Under the pieces are notes generated by a model that made no database searches, had not been told where the DNA came from, and saw only the letters and a program-made list of their open reading frames with translations. A stretch of DNA of 64,000 nt from an uncultured Candidatus Saccharibacteria bacterium (GTDB lineage Bacteria; Patescibacteriota; Minisyncoccia; Phycocordibacterales; Phycocordibacteraceae), in NCBI GenBank assembly GCA_964507275.1, contig CAZDPG010000001.1:86503-150502 (forward strand), read 5' to 3'. Made by a program: the position numbers and the translations under genes. Shown piece after piece: positions 36,554 through 46,987 of this stretch; the stretch's first letter is position 1; each line of letters begins with the position of its first letter.

Positions 36554-39500
36554 ATGCGCAAGAACCTCGTCCAGAAGACCTTCGGTGCCTACCAGGCACC
36601 CTCCGTTCCTTTCCCGGATTTCGTCGGGCACCAGCGCAGTTCGTTTGACTGGCTCCTCAAGGACGGTCTCATCGAGCTTTTCAAAGAATTCTCTCCTATC
36701 ACCGATTACTCGGGGAAGAAGTTCGAACTCCAGTTCGAGAGTTTCGAAATCGGCGAACCCAAGTATGACGAAGCATTTGCGCGCGAGAACATGCGCACCT
36801 ACGAAGCGCCGGTCAAGGCGACGGTGAAGCTCGTCAACAAGACATTCGGTTCGGAGAAGACGCAGGAGATTTTCTTCACGGACATCCCGATGATGACGCC
36901 GCACGGCTCATTCATCGTATCCGGCGTCGAACGCGCTATCGTTCCGCAGCTCGCTCGCAGCTTCGGCGCTTTCTTCGTGTCCGAGCTCATCCGCGGCAAG
37001 CAGTTCTTCGGTTCGAAGATCATCCCGCTCCGCGGCGTCTGGATCGAGATCGACTCGGAAGCTGACGGCGCGCTTTTCATGAAGATCGACCGCAAGCGCA
37101 AGTTCCCGATCTCGCAGATCCTCACGGTCTTCGGCGGCGGCTTGGGCGAAGCAGTCTTGAAGCACTTCGAGAAGGATCCGCTCGCGACCGCGACAATCAA
37201 AGCTACGCTCGCACACGATGAAGCGAAGTCGATCGAAGAGGCCTACGTTGAGATACACCGCCGCATGCGCGATGGCGACCTCGCGACGCCGGAGAACGCA
37301 AAGAACTTCGTACAATCGCTCTTCTCGGTTGAGCGCTATGACCTCGGCCGCGTCGGACGCGCGCGCTTGAACTCACGCTTCGGCCTCCCGACCACAGAGA
37401 AGGCGCTCGAGAAGCGTACGCTCACGCTCGCAGACTTCGTCCGCATCATTTCAGAGATCGCCAAGCTGAACGCTGACTCTTCGGCCCGCCCAGACGACAT
37501 CGACCACCTCGGCTTCCGCCGTGTACGATTCGTCGGCGAGCTCCTCCAGGCGCGTATGCGCGTCGGCATGAGTCGCATGAAGCGCAATATCCAGGATCGC
37601 ATGTCGACTATCGAGAGCGAGACCACGCTCCCGATGGCGCTTGTGAACCCACGTCCGTTCCATGCCTCGGTGCATGAGTTCTTCACGGCAAACCAACTCT
37701 CGCAATTCATGGACCAGCAGAACATTCTCGCTGAGCTCGAAAACATGCGCACGCTCTCGGCACTCGGTCCCGGCGGCCTCACTCGTGAGCGCGCCGGCTT
37801 CGAAGTGCGCGACGTGCACCCTTCGCACTACGGACGCCTCTGTCCTATCCATACGCCGGAAGGCCAGAACATCGGCCTCATCCTCCGCCTCGCTACGCAT
37901 GCGCGTACGAACGACTTCGGTGTCATCGAGACGCCGTATGTCCGCGTGAAGAACGGGAAAGTGACCGACGAGATCGTCCACTTGAATGCACTCGATGAAG
38001 AGCTCGAGATGGTGGCGCACGGTGCGACCAAGCTCGACAAGGACGGACGCATCGTTCCTGATCACGTGGAAGCGCGTTACAAGGGCGACCCGATCATCGT
38101 CCCGCGAGAGTCCATCACGCTCATGGACGCCTCGACGTACCAGATGTTCTCCATCGCGACCTGCATGATCCCATTCGTCGACCACGACGACGCGAACCGT
38201 GCACTCATGGGTAGCAACATGCAGAAGCAAGCGACACCGGTCCTCATCCCTGAGGCTCCGCTCGTCGCCACCGGCATCGAAGAGCCAGCAGCGCGCAGCA
38301 CCGGCCGCCTCGTCCTCGCTCTTGAAGCAGGCGAAGTGACGCATGTCGATGCACGCAAAGTAACCGTGAAGAACAAGGACGGTAAGGCGAAGGACTACCA
38401 CCTCCAGGGCCTGACCCAGACCAATCAGAACTCGACGTTCATGCAGCGCCCATCAGTGGTGCTCGGCGACAAGGTGAAGAAGGGCGACGTCCTCGCGGAC
38501 AACTCTTCGACTGATCACGGCCAGCTCGCGCTCGGACAGAACGTGCGCGTCGCCTTCATGAGCTGGAACGGCGCAAACTATGAAGACGCCATCATCATCT
38601 CGGAACGGCTCGTCGAAGAGGCTAAGTTCACGACGGTGCACATCGAGGACTTCGAGTGCGTCGTGCGCGACACGAAGCTCGGTGCAGAGACGACGACGCA
38701 TGACATCCCGAACGTCGGCGAGATGCGTTTGAAGAATCTCGACGAAGAAGGTGTGATTCGCATCGGCGCAGAAGTGCGCCCAGGCGACATCCTCGTCGGC
38801 AAGGTGACCCCGAAGGGCGAGACACAGCTCACGCCTGAGGAGCGTCTCCTCCGCTCGATCTTCGGCGATAAGGCGAAGGATGTGAAGGATACCTCGCTCC
38901 GCATGGAAGGCGGCAAGCGCGGTCGCGTCATCGGCGTGCGCGTCTTCTCTCGCGAGAAGGGCGACCAGCTCGAGAGCGGCATCATCAAGAAGATTGTCAT
39001 CACGGTCGCACAGGTGCGTAACGTCTCGGTCGGCGACAAGCTCGCCGGACGCCACGGTAACAAGGGCGTTATCTCCCGTGTCTTGCCGGTCGAGGACATG
39101 CCGTACGACAAGGACGGCAATCCGGTCGACATCATTCTCACACCGCTCGGCGTCCCGAGTCGTATGAACCTCGGACAGATTCTCGAATTGCACCTCGGTC
39201 TCGCTGCGCACACACTCGGCTACCAGGCTATCGTCCCGCCATTTGCTGGTGCGACTGCCGATGAGATCCGCGATGAGCTCGAAGCCGCTGGCTTCTCTCG
39301 CACGGGCAAGATGCAGCTCTACGACGGACAGACCGGCACGGCCTTCGCGCAGATGATTGCGGTTGGCTACATGTATGTTCTCAAGCTGCACCACATGGTG
39401 GAAGACAAGATCCACATGCGCTCAATCGGTCCGTACAGCCTCATCACGCAGCAGCCCTTGGGAGGCAAGGCACAGAACGGCGGTCAGCGCTTCGGCGAAA

Positions 39501-39730
39501 TGGAAGTGTGGGCACTCCTCGGCTACGGCGCTGCCTACACGCTCCGCGAGATGCTCACCATCAAGTCGGACGACATCCAGGGCCGCTCCGCAGCCTTCGA
39601 TGCAATCGTGAAGGGCGAGCCTATCAGCCACACCGGCACACCGGCATCCTTCGCTGTCCTTACCAACCAGATCCGCGGTCTCGCGCTCGACGTCGAACCG
39701 CTCAATCTGCCGCCCGAGCCGGAAGCATAA
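36554..39730 (+). CDS. rpoB: DNA-directed RNA polymerase subunit beta
   Basis: Full-length alignment to RpoB, including GDKLAGRHGNKGV and NMQRQA-like regions. Start set at MRKNLVQKTFG. Confidence 0.95.
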   Translation: MRKNLVQKTFGAYQAPSVPFPDFVGHQRSSFDWLLKDGLIELFKEFSPITDYSGKKFELQFESFEIGEPKYDEAFARENMRTYEAPVKATVKLVNKTFGSEKTQEIFFTDIPMMTPHGSFIVSGVERAIVPQLARSFGAFFVSELIRGKQFFGSKIIPLRGVWIEIDSEADGALFMKIDRKRKFPISQILTVFGGGLGEAVLKHFEKDPLATATIKATLAHDEAKSIEEAYVEIHRRMRDGDLATPENAKNFVQSLFSVERYDLGRVGRARLNSRFGLPTTEKALEKRTLTLADFVRIISEIAKLNADSSARPDDIDHLGFRRVRFVGELLQARMRVGMSRMKRNIQDRMSTIESETTLPMALVNPRPFHASVHEFFTANQLSQFMDQQNILAELENMRTLSALGPGGLTRERAGFEVRDVHPSHYGRLCPIHTPEGQNIGLILRLATHARTNDFGVIETPYVRVKNGKVTDEIVHLNALDEELEMVAHGATKLDKDGRIVPDHVEARYKGDPIIVPRESITLMDASTYQMFSIATCMIPFVDHDDANRALMGSNMQKQATPVLIPEAPLVATGIEEPAARSTGRLVLALEAGEVTHVDARKVTVKNKDGKAKDYHLQGLTQTNQNSTFMQRPSVVLGDKVKKGDVLADNSSTDHGQLALGQNVRVAFMSWNGANYEDAIIISERLVEEAKFTTVHIEDFECVVRDTKLGAETTTHDIPNVGEMRLKNLDEEGVIRIGAEVRPGDILVGKVTPKGETQLTPEERLLRSIFGDKAKDVKDTSLRMEGGKRGRVIGVRVFSREKGDQLESGIIKKIVITVAQVRNVSVGDKLAGRHGNKGVISRVLPVEDMPYDKDGNPVDIILTPLGVPSRMNLGQILELHLGLAAHTLGYQAIVPPFAGATADEIRDELEAAGFSRTGKMQLYDGQTGTAFAQMIAVGYMYVLKLHHMVEDKIHMRSIGPYSLITQQPLGGKAQNGGQRFGEMEVWALLGYGAAYTLREMLTIKSDDIQGRSAAFDAIVKGEPISHTGTPASFAVLTNQIRGLALDVEPLNLPPEPEA

Positions 39731-39753
39731 TTTATTAAACTCTTCTCTACACT

Positions 39754-42700
39754 ATGGCATTCACTCCCCGCAAACTTCCGCCTCGCGACACCTGGAATGG
39801 GCTCCGCCTCACGCTCGCCTCGCCGGAGCGCATTCTTTCCTGGTCTTCAGGAGAGGTGACCAAACCTGAGACGATAAACTACCGCACCCAGCGCTCCGAG
39901 AAGCACGGCCTCTTCGACGAGAAGATCTTCGGTCCGGAAAAGGACTACGAGTGCTACTGCGGCAAATACAAGGGTATCCGCTACAAGGGCATCGTCTGCG
40001 ATAAGTGCGGTGTCGAGATCACCCGCTCTATCGTGCGACGCGAACGCATGGGCCACATTGAGCTCTGCACACCAGTCGCGCACATCTGGTTCCTGCGCTC
40101 CGTCCCGAGCCGCATGGCACTCCTCTTGGGAGCTTCGGCGGCTGACATTGAGAAGGTTGTCTACTTCGCCGGATACATCGTCACGAAGATCGCTGAGGAT
40201 GAGAAGAAGCGCCTCCTCACTGAGCTCGAGAGTGAATATAAGTCGAAATACAAGTCGCTCGGCTCCGATAAGGAGCGCGATGCGCTCAAGGAGAAGATGA
40301 CGATCACGCGCAACGAGATCGAGGGTCTCGTCGTCGGCAAGGTGCTCGACGAGCTCGAATACCACCGCTTCTCCGTGAAGTATGGCGGCCTCTTCGAAGC
40401 ACGCATCGGTGCAGAAGCCATCTACGACATTTTCAACAAGCTCGACCTCAAGGATCTCGAGAAGACGCTCGCGGCCCGCTACGAGACGGCCGGTGCTGCT
40501 GAGCGCGAGAAGCTCGCGAAGCGTCTCTCGCTCATCGCCGGTCTCCTCGCTTCAGGCGTGCGTCCGGAGTGGTTCTTCCTCACGCGCATCCCGGTCATCC
40601 CGCCAGCACTCCGTCCGATGGTCGCGCTCGAAGGCGGTCGCCATGCGACCTCCGACGTGAACGACCTGTATCGTCGCGTCATCAACCGCAACAACCGCTT
40701 GAAGAAGCTCATCGACATCCATGCGCCGGAAGTCATCCTGCGCAATGAGAAGCGCATCTTGCAGGAAGCCGTCGATGCACTCCTCGACAACTCGATCAGG
40801 AAGAGCGGTGCCGCAGCCGGTGCTATGACCGCCGCTCAGCGCCGTCCGCTCAAGTCACTCGCGGACTACTTGAAGGGCAAGCAGGGCTATTTCCGTCAGA
40901 ACCTGCTCGGTAAGCGTGTCGACTACTCGGGTCGTTCCGTGATTGTCGTCGGTCCGGATCTCGAACTCGACGAATGCGGTCTTCCGAAGCACATGGCGCT
41001 CGAGCTCTTCCGTCCGTTCGTCATCGCCGGACTCCTTGAACGCGAACTCGCATTCAACATCCGTGGCGCAGGCCGCTTGATTGAAGACGGTGTCGCTGAA
41101 GTGTGGGAGATCCTCGAAGAAGCCATCAAGGGTAAGTACGTCCTTCTGAACCGTGCACCGACCTTGCATCGCCAGGGTATCCAGGCATTCCGCCCGCAGC
41201 TCATCGAAGGCGATGCTATCCAGCTCCACCCGCTCGTCTGTAACGCGTTCAACGCGGACTTCGACGGCGACCAGATGGCTGTCCACGTGCCGCTCTCCGA
41301 GGAGGCTCAGTGGGAGGCCGCGAACATCATGAGTGCCAACAAGAACATTCTGAAGCCGGGTTCCGGCGACATGATTGTCCTCACCGGCAAGCCGCTCGAC
41401 ATCATTCTCGGCGTGTACTGGCTCACCAAGGCAGTCGACGGCGCGAAAGGCGAGGGGACGTATCACTCGTCACCGAACTCAGCTATCCTTGCGTCTGAGT
41501 ACGAGGCGATCGACAAGCGCGCCAAAATCATGGTCATGCCAGTCGAAGGGAAGGAAAAATACGCACAATTCGATGGACATCCGTTCGAGACGACGGTCGG
41601 GCGCATGCTCTTCAACACTGTGCTTCCCGCTGATTATCCGTTCGTGAACGAGACCATCACCAAGAAGGTGCTCGCGCGCATTGTGACTGACTGCATCTCC
41701 CGCTATGGACTCAGCGCCGTACCGGATATCGTGAACAAGGTGAAGCGCTTCGGTTTCAGATACGCGACGCTTTCGGGAGTGTCGTGGGCTATCGACGATA
41801 CGGCCGTGCCGGCAGAGAAGGAGCAGATCATCAAGGTTGCAGCAGAGAAAGTCGCGGCTATCCAGTCCGACTACCAGAACGGTCTCCTCTCTGAAGAAGA
41901 GAAGCGCCGCATGTCGATTGAGGTCTGGCAGGGTGCCAAGGGCGAAGTCGAGAAGATCGTCGTGGGTGCACTCAATCCGATGGGTTCAGTCGCAGACATG
42001 GTGTACTCCGGCGCTCGTGGTACGCTCGGCAACCTCACGCAGATGCAGGGTATGAAGGGTCTCATCCAGAACACCGCAGGCGTGACGATCGAAGTGCCGA
42101 TCATCTCCTCAATGATCGAGGGCTTGAATCCGATCGAGTACTTCATGAGTACGCACGGTGCACGTAAGGGTCTCACCGACACGGCGCTCGGTACTGCGAA
42201 GGCCGGCTACCTCACGCGCCGTCTCTTCGACGTCGCGCAGGATTCCATCGTGACCGAGCATGACTGCGGTACGAGCCGCGGTGTGAAGATCAATCGCGTG
42301 AGCGCCTCAGGCATCCAGACTGATTACGCTGAGGCCCTCCGCGGTCGCGTCATCGCTGAAGATGTGAAGGATAAGGATGGCGTCACGCTCTTCAAGAAGG
42401 GACACTATCTCTCGATCAAGGACGCTGAAGCGCTCGATGCTGCAGCAAGCGTGATGACGGTGGTTGCACGTTCCCCGATGTCGTGCGAGACGCGCTATGG
42501 CGTGTGCCAGACCTGCTACGGTATGGACCTCACGACGCAGGACGTTGTCGACTTGGGCGAGGCCGTTGGTACGGTTGCCGCTCAGGCTATCGGCGAGCCG
42601 GGCACCCAGCTCACCATGCGTACCTTCCACGCCGGCGGTGTGGCATCGGTCGGTGGCGACATCACGAGCGGTCTCCCGCGCGTTGAAGAAGTGTTCGAGA

Positions 42701-43473
42701 AGCGCGCTCCGAAGAATCCGGCGGTCATCAGCAAGTCTGACGGTCTCGTGACCGAGATCAAGGAGGAGGGTCGCGAGAAGATTATTGTGGTCGCTCCGCA
42801 AGCAGGCCAGGGCAAGAAGGACGGTTCGGCATACGAATACCTCGCTCCGTATCCGCGTGTCCCGCTCGTGAAGGAAGGAGATACCGTCGTGCGCGGCCAG
42901 ATACTTACTGACGGTTCGGCTGATCTCGATGATCTCTTCGAGTACGCAGGTCGCGCACTCACGCAGGAGTACATTATCACTGAAGCATCGAAGATCTATG
43001 AGCTTCAGGGCGCGCCGGTCTCTCGCAAGCATCTCGAAGTCGTGGTGAAGCAGATGTTCAGCCGCGTGAAGATCGCCGAGGCCGGCGACACCGACTATTC
43101 GGTTGGCGATGTGGTCGAGGATTGGGAGTTCGCGAAGTCAGTGAAGGAAATGGAGGAGGCTGACAAGTTGCCGCCAGTGGCGAAAGAGATTGTGCTCGGC
43201 ATCAAGGAGAGTGCGCTCTCACGCCGTTCATTCCTCTCGGCTGCATCCTTCGAGCAGACGACGAAGATTCTCATCAACGCATCGCTCCGCGGTTCTGTCG
43301 ATCGCCTGCGCGGTTTGAAGGAGAACGTCATCCTCGGTCGCCTCATCCCGTCCGGTACCGGCTTTGCTGGAAGCAAGAAGTTCGCTTCTATCGCGAAGCT
43401 GCAGGCAGAGCGCCCGGTTCCTGAGCCGACGGAGCGTACTTCGTTCGCTCCGCGTGTGCCGCGAGGACTCTAG
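39754..43473 (+). CDS. rpoC: DNA-directed RNA polymerase subunit beta-prime
   Basis: Zn finger [20 protein letters not shown], catalytic NADFDGDQM and a trigger loop. Confidence 0.95.
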   Translation: MAFTPRKLPPRDTWNGLRLTLASPERILSWSSGEVTKPETINYRTQRSEKHGLFDEKIFGPEKDYECYCGKYKGIRYKGIVCDKCGVEITRSIVRRERMGHIELCTPVAHIWFLRSVPSRMALLLGASAADIEKVVYFAGYIVTKIAEDEKKRLLTELESEYKSKYKSLGSDKERDALKEKMTITRNEIEGLVVGKVLDELEYHRFSVKYGGLFEARIGAEAIYDIFNKLDLKDLEKTLAARYETAGAAEREKLAKRLSLIAGLLASGVRPEWFFLTRIPVIPPALRPMVALEGGRHATSDVNDLYRRVINRNNRLKKLIDIHAPEVILRNEKRILQEAVDALLDNSIRKSGAAAGAMTAAQRRPLKSLADYLKGKQGYFRQNLLGKRVDYSGRSVIVVGPDLELDECGLPKHMALELFRPFVIAGLLERELAFNIRGAGRLIEDGVAEVWEILEEAIKGKYVLLNRAPTLHRQGIQAFRPQLIEGDAIQLHPLVCNAFNADFDGDQMAVHVPLSEEAQWEAANIMSANKNILKPGSGDMIVLTGKPLDIILGVYWLTKAVDGAKGEGTYHSSPNSAILASEYEAIDKRAKIMVMPVEGKEKYAQFDGHPFETTVGRMLFNTVLPADYPFVNETITKKVLARIVTDCISRYGLSAVPDIVNKVKRFGFRYATLSGVSWAIDDTAVPAEKEQIIKVAAEKVAAIQSDYQNGLLSEEEKRRMSIEVWQGAKGEVEKIVVGALNPMGSVADMVYSGARGTLGNLTQMQGMKGLIQNTAGVTIEVPIISSMIEGLNPIEYFMSTHGARKGLTDTALGTAKAGYLTRRLFDVAQDSIVTEHDCGTSRGVKINRVSASGIQTDYAEALRGRVIAEDVKDKDGVTLFKKGHYLSIKDAEALDAAASVMTVVARSPMSCETRYGVCQTCYGMDLTTQDVVDLGEAVGTVAAQAIGEPGTQLTMRTFHAGGVASVGGDITSGLPRVEEVFEKRAPKNPAVISKSDGLVTEIKEEGREKIIVVAPQAGQGKKDGSAYEYLAPYPRVPLVKEGDTVVRGQILTDGSADLDDLFEYAGRALTQEYIITEASKIYELQGAPVSRKHLEVVVKQMFSRVKIAEAGDTDYSVGDVVEDWEFAKSVKEMEEADKLPPVAKEIVLGIKESALSRRSFLSAASFEQTTKILINASLRGSVDRLRGLKENVILGRLIPSGTGFAGSKKFASIAKLQAERPVPEPTERTSFAPRVPRGL

Positions 43474-43516
43474 TAGGTGTTTCTGAGGAAACCAGGCTTT
43501 CCGCAAAAGACAGAAA

Positions 43517-43547
43517 GCAAAAACCGCCGCAAGGCGGTTTTTGCTTT
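43517..43547. terminator. intrinsic terminator after rpoC
   Basis: GCAAAAACCGCC-GCAA-GGCGGTTTTTGC is a perfect 12-bp stem with a GNRA-like loop, followed by TTTGGG. Confidence 0.6.
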
Positions 43548-43564
43548 GGGTATGAAAACAATCG

Positions 43565-43598
43565 CGGCGCGGAGACTTTTCAGTCCCGCGCCGTTTGT
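43565..43598. terminator. second hairpin downstream of rpoC
   Basis: CGGCGCGG-13 nt-CCGCGCCG, followed by TTTGTG. Confidence 0.45.
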
Positions 43599-43622
43599 GA
43601 TTACCAGCCGTGACGCGAATCT

Positions 43623-43826
43623 TTAGCTGGTGCGCATGCACGCAAAGAGTATGGATAGTGTCCCTAGCATTATTGCAATAAGGCTTCCTGCATTGGACAC
43701 TAGCGTTAAGGCAGTCCCGAAGTTGGTCTCGTCAACGAACCAGATACCCAGACCTCCGAAACAGATAAATCCGATCCCGACAATGAACAAGAGCAGTTTG
43801 AATCCCATATAACCTCCGTGGCTCAA
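43623..43826 (-). CDS. small 2-TM membrane protein (67 aa), hypothetical
   Basis: Two hydrophobic helices. Could be spurious. Confidence 0.35.
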   Translation of the reverse strand: MSHGGYMGFKLLLFIVGIGFICFGGLGIWFVDETNFGTALTLVSNAGSLIAIMLGTLSILFACMRTS

Positions 43827-43912
43827 GGGATAATCAACAAGTTACCTGAATGATATAAGCATAGACACTGTAATTTTGTCAAACTTTGTCGCAACGAGGT
43901 AAGATGAGAGTG

Positions 43913-45598
43913 ATGGCAAAGGATACGGTCGCAGAGATTAAGGAGAGACTGAGCATACAAGACATTATCAGTCCGTATGTGAAGCTGCGTCGAGCCGGAC
44001 GCTCGATGGTCGGGCTCTGCCCCTTCCACAAGGAGAAGACTGGGAGCTTCCACGTGAGCCCCGAGCGCGGGACGTGGCACTGCTTCGGGTGCGGGGTGGG
44101 AGGAGATGGATTCTCCTTCATCGAGAAGGCCGAGGGCGTTGACTTCAAGGGGGCTATGAAGATTCTTGCGGAGAAAGCGGGCGTGACTATCGAATATTCA
44201 GGGGGAGGGAATCACGAAGACACTTCTAAGAAAGACAAGCTCCGCGCGGCCATGAGCCGCGCGGCAGAGTGGTACGCCGGGAATCTAAAAGGAAGTCCGG
44301 CGGAGATGTATGCGCAGAGGCGAGGACTCTCTTCCGAGACAATCAAGGACTGGAGCCTCGGCTTCGCACCAGAGGCATGGCGCGCTCTCCTCGAAGCTCT
44401 GACCACTGAGGGCTTCACGATAGAAGAGTTGCTCGCGGCGGGACTCATCAAGGAGGCGGATGGGAAGCCTGGCACGTACTATGACCGGTTCCGCAATCGG
44501 CTCATGTTCCCGATACGCGACGCGAGCGGGAAGGTCGTTGCGTTCACTGGCCGTGCACTTGCAACGGACGACCTCGCGAAATATCTGAATAGTCCCGAGA
44601 CTGACCTCTATCACAAATCCGAGATATTGTTCGGCATGGACCGAGCACGAGATGCGATACGCACGAGGGGCTTCACGATGCTTGTGGAAGGGCAGATGGA
44701 TGTCCTGCATGCGCACCAGGCAGGCTTCAATAACGCGATCGCCCTCTCTGGGACGGCGCTCTCCGAGCGGCATCTTGCGCTCATGAAACGTTACAGCGAC
44801 AACCTTATGCTGGTGCTCGATGCCGACCCGGCTGGACTCAAGGCGACCGCACGCTCGGCGGCGCTCGCGCTTCAGCAGGGACTACGCGTAAAGGCCGCAC
44901 GACTCCCGAAAGGCAAGGACCCGGCAGACCTCTTAAGCGAGGACGCGAAAGATTTCGGAGTGCGCATAGCCAGTGCGAAGCCGATTGTCGAGTTCTTCCT
45001 CGCTGAGCTCGCCGAATCCGAACGCGATCCGCACCGGTTATTGCGCGCCGCTGAGAGTATCGTCTTGCCGCTCATCAGGGCGATACCGAGCCCGATGGAG
45101 CGCGAGCATTTCATACAATCAGCCGCTCGGACGCTCGGATTGTCGAATGAAGCCATCAAAGAGTCGCTCGCACGGCTCCCGAAGCAGGAGTTCAGTTCTG
45201 GTCCCGTACGCGCCGCCGTCCTCCCCGTGCCGGCACGCCGGCCGCCGCGCGAGTTCCGCGCCGAACAGCTCCTCGCCGTCCTCCTGGTTTATCCCAACAC
45301 ACCGCTTGCAGAACGCGTCAAATCGGGGTATTGTCGAATTACTGAAGCTGAGCACGTGCCGCACAACGTACCCCCGGAATCAGTCTTGTTCCAGACGGAA
45401 CAGACATTCGGCGAGGACCCAAACGAAGGCGCTGCGGACGAGCTTCTCCGTGCTTTTGAAGAGACGGTGATCCGCGAATCATATCAAGAAGCGGTGGCGA
45501 ATTTACGCAGGGCTGAATCCGCTGGAGAGACATCGGCGATTGAGGAAGCGCAGGCAGCGTGTACGAAGCTCTCCCTGCGTCTTGCTTCGCTCGGGTAG
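43913..45598 (+). CDS. dnaG: DNA primase
   Basis: Zn-ribbon CPFHKEKTGSFHVS...CFGCG and a Toprim domain. The dnaG-rpoD linkage is conserved. Confidence 0.85.
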   Translation: MAKDTVAEIKERLSIQDIISPYVKLRRAGRSMVGLCPFHKEKTGSFHVSPERGTWHCFGCGVGGDGFSFIEKAEGVDFKGAMKILAEKAGVTIEYSGGGNHEDTSKKDKLRAAMSRAAEWYAGNLKGSPAEMYAQRRGLSSETIKDWSLGFAPEAWRALLEALTTEGFTIEELLAAGLIKEADGKPGTYYDRFRNRLMFPIRDASGKVVAFTGRALATDDLAKYLNSPETDLYHKSEILFGMDRARDAIRTRGFTMLVEGQMDVLHAHQAGFNNAIALSGTALSERHLALMKRYSDNLMLVLDADPAGLKATARSAALALQQGLRVKAARLPKGKDPADLLSEDAKDFGVRIASAKPIVEFFLAELAESERDPHRLLRAAESIVLPLIRAIPSPMEREHFIQSAARTLGLSNEAIKESLARLPKQEFSSGPVRAAVLPVPARRPPREFRAEQLLAVLLVYPNTPLAERVKSGYCRITEAEHVPHNVPPESVLFQTEQTFGEDPNEGAADELLRAFEETVIRESYQEAVANLRRAESAGETSAIEEAQAACTKLSLRLASLG

Positions 45599-45628
45599 TC
45601 AGGTAGATTTTCAATCTTATTTTTCGGC

Positions 45629-46909
45629 ATGGCGAAACCTATTACAAAAAAGAAGCCCGTGAAGAAATCAAAGCCCGTCAAGAAGACGGTGCGTAAGACC
45701 GTATCCAAGAAGTCAGTCGCGCCTAAGAAGAAGCCAGCCAAGAAGCCGGTGAAGAAAACGGTTAAGAAACCCGTTAAGAAGATTGCGCGCTCCAAGAAGC
45801 AAGTCGTGCGCGCAGCCGCGAAGGGAGCAAAAGCAAAAGCGCTCACGCAGAAAGCACTCACCGCCGAGCAGCTCATCGAGAAGGGGAAGGAACGCGGCTA
45901 CGTCACCTACAACGAGATATTGAAGTCGTTCCCGCATGTCGAGGACGATGTCAGCTTCCTCGAATCGCTCTATGAACGTTTCTCCATCGCGGGTGTCGAT
46001 GTGCTCGAGGGCGGTATGCTCGAAGACGCTGCCGACGAGTACCTTGCGACGCGTAACATCAAGGACCGTCACTCGACCTCCTACGACTCCATCCAGATCT
46101 ATCTCCGCGAGATCGGCCAGTACCCGCTCCTTACCGCCTCCGAAGAGCGCGAGCTCGCTAAGCGCATCGAGAAGAGCGATGCTGAGGCACGCAATATCCT
46201 CGCACGCAGCAACCTGCGTCTCGTCGTTTCCATTGCCAAGAAGTATGTCGGCCGGTCGCCCGATCTCACGCTTCTCGATCTCATCCAGGAAGGGAACCTG
46301 GGCCTCTTCCGCGCGGTCGACAAGTTCGATTGGAAGAAGGGATACAAGTTCTCGACGTATGCGACATGGTGGATCCGTCAGGCGATTACCCGCGCCCTCG
46401 CCGATCAGAGCCGCACTATCCGCATCCCGGTGCACATGGTCGAGACCATCGCCAAGTACAAACAGATCTCACGCCGCCTCGCCCAGGCGCTCGGTCGCGA
46501 CCCACAGCCTGAAGAGATCGCTATCGAGATGGGTGTCGAACCGGAGAAGGTGTATCAGATAGAGAAGATCAATCAGGACACGCTCTCTCTGGAGAACCCG
46601 ATCGGCTCGGATGACGACGAGCGTTCGACGCTCGGCGATTTCATTCCAGATGATAAGATTCCGTCGCCAGTGCAGGAGTCTTCGGAGCGTATCCTTTCCG
46701 AGCAGGTGAAAGAGATCCTCTCCGACCTCTCGCCGAAGGAACGCAAGATTCTCGAGATGCGCCACGGACTCATGGACGGCGTGTACCACACGCTCGAAGA
46801 AGTAGGGCGCGAGTTCGGCGTCACGCGCGAACGCATCCGCCAGATTGAAGCGAAGGCACTCGAAAAGATCCGCACCCATGACAAAGCACGGCATTTGAAG
46901 TCGTATTAG
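45629..46909 (+). CDS. rpoD: RNA polymerase primary sigma factor with lysine-rich N-terminal tail
   Basis: Region 2 [37 protein letters not shown]. Regions 3 and 4 with the helix-turn-helix [20 protein letters not shown]. The first 70 residues are KKP/KKPVKK repeats. Confidence 0.9.
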   Translation: MAKPITKKKPVKKSKPVKKTVRKTVSKKSVAPKKKPAKKPVKKTVKKPVKKIARSKKQVVRAAAKGAKAKALTQKALTAEQLIEKGKERGYVTYNEILKSFPHVEDDVSFLESLYERFSIAGVDVLEGGMLEDAADEYLATRNIKDRHSTSYDSIQIYLREIGQYPLLTASEERELAKRIEKSDAEARNILARSNLRLVVSIAKKYVGRSPDLTLLDLIQEGNLGLFRAVDKFDWKKGYKFSTYATWWIRQAITRALADQSRTIRIPVHMVETIAKYKQISRRLAQALGRDPQPEEIAIEMGVEPEKVYQIEKINQDTLSLENPIGSDDDERSTLGDFIPDDKIPSPVQESSERILSEQVKEILSDLSPKERKILEMRHGLMDGVYHTLEEVGREFGVTRERIRQIEAKALEKIRTHDKARHLKSY

Positions 46910-46916
46910 GAAAAGA

Positions 46917-46944
46917 AGAAACCCCTTGTTTAGCAAGGGGTTTC
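46917..46944 (+). terminator. intrinsic terminator after rpoD
   Basis: GAAACCCCTTG-TTTAGC-AAGGGGTTTC, followed by TCTT. Confidence 0.6.
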
Positions 46945-46987
46945 TCTTGGTATACAGAGAACACGGAGACAGGGTACACTCTAAAGA

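Noticed and set aside
43886-43912. Track start codons at 43886 (dnaG), 37 (first ORF), 63184 (FAD oxidase, minus) and 34141 (rpsP).
   Set aside because: These are TTG/GTG codons rendered as Met by the ORF track. Internal ATGs that reproduce canonical N-termini were preferred.
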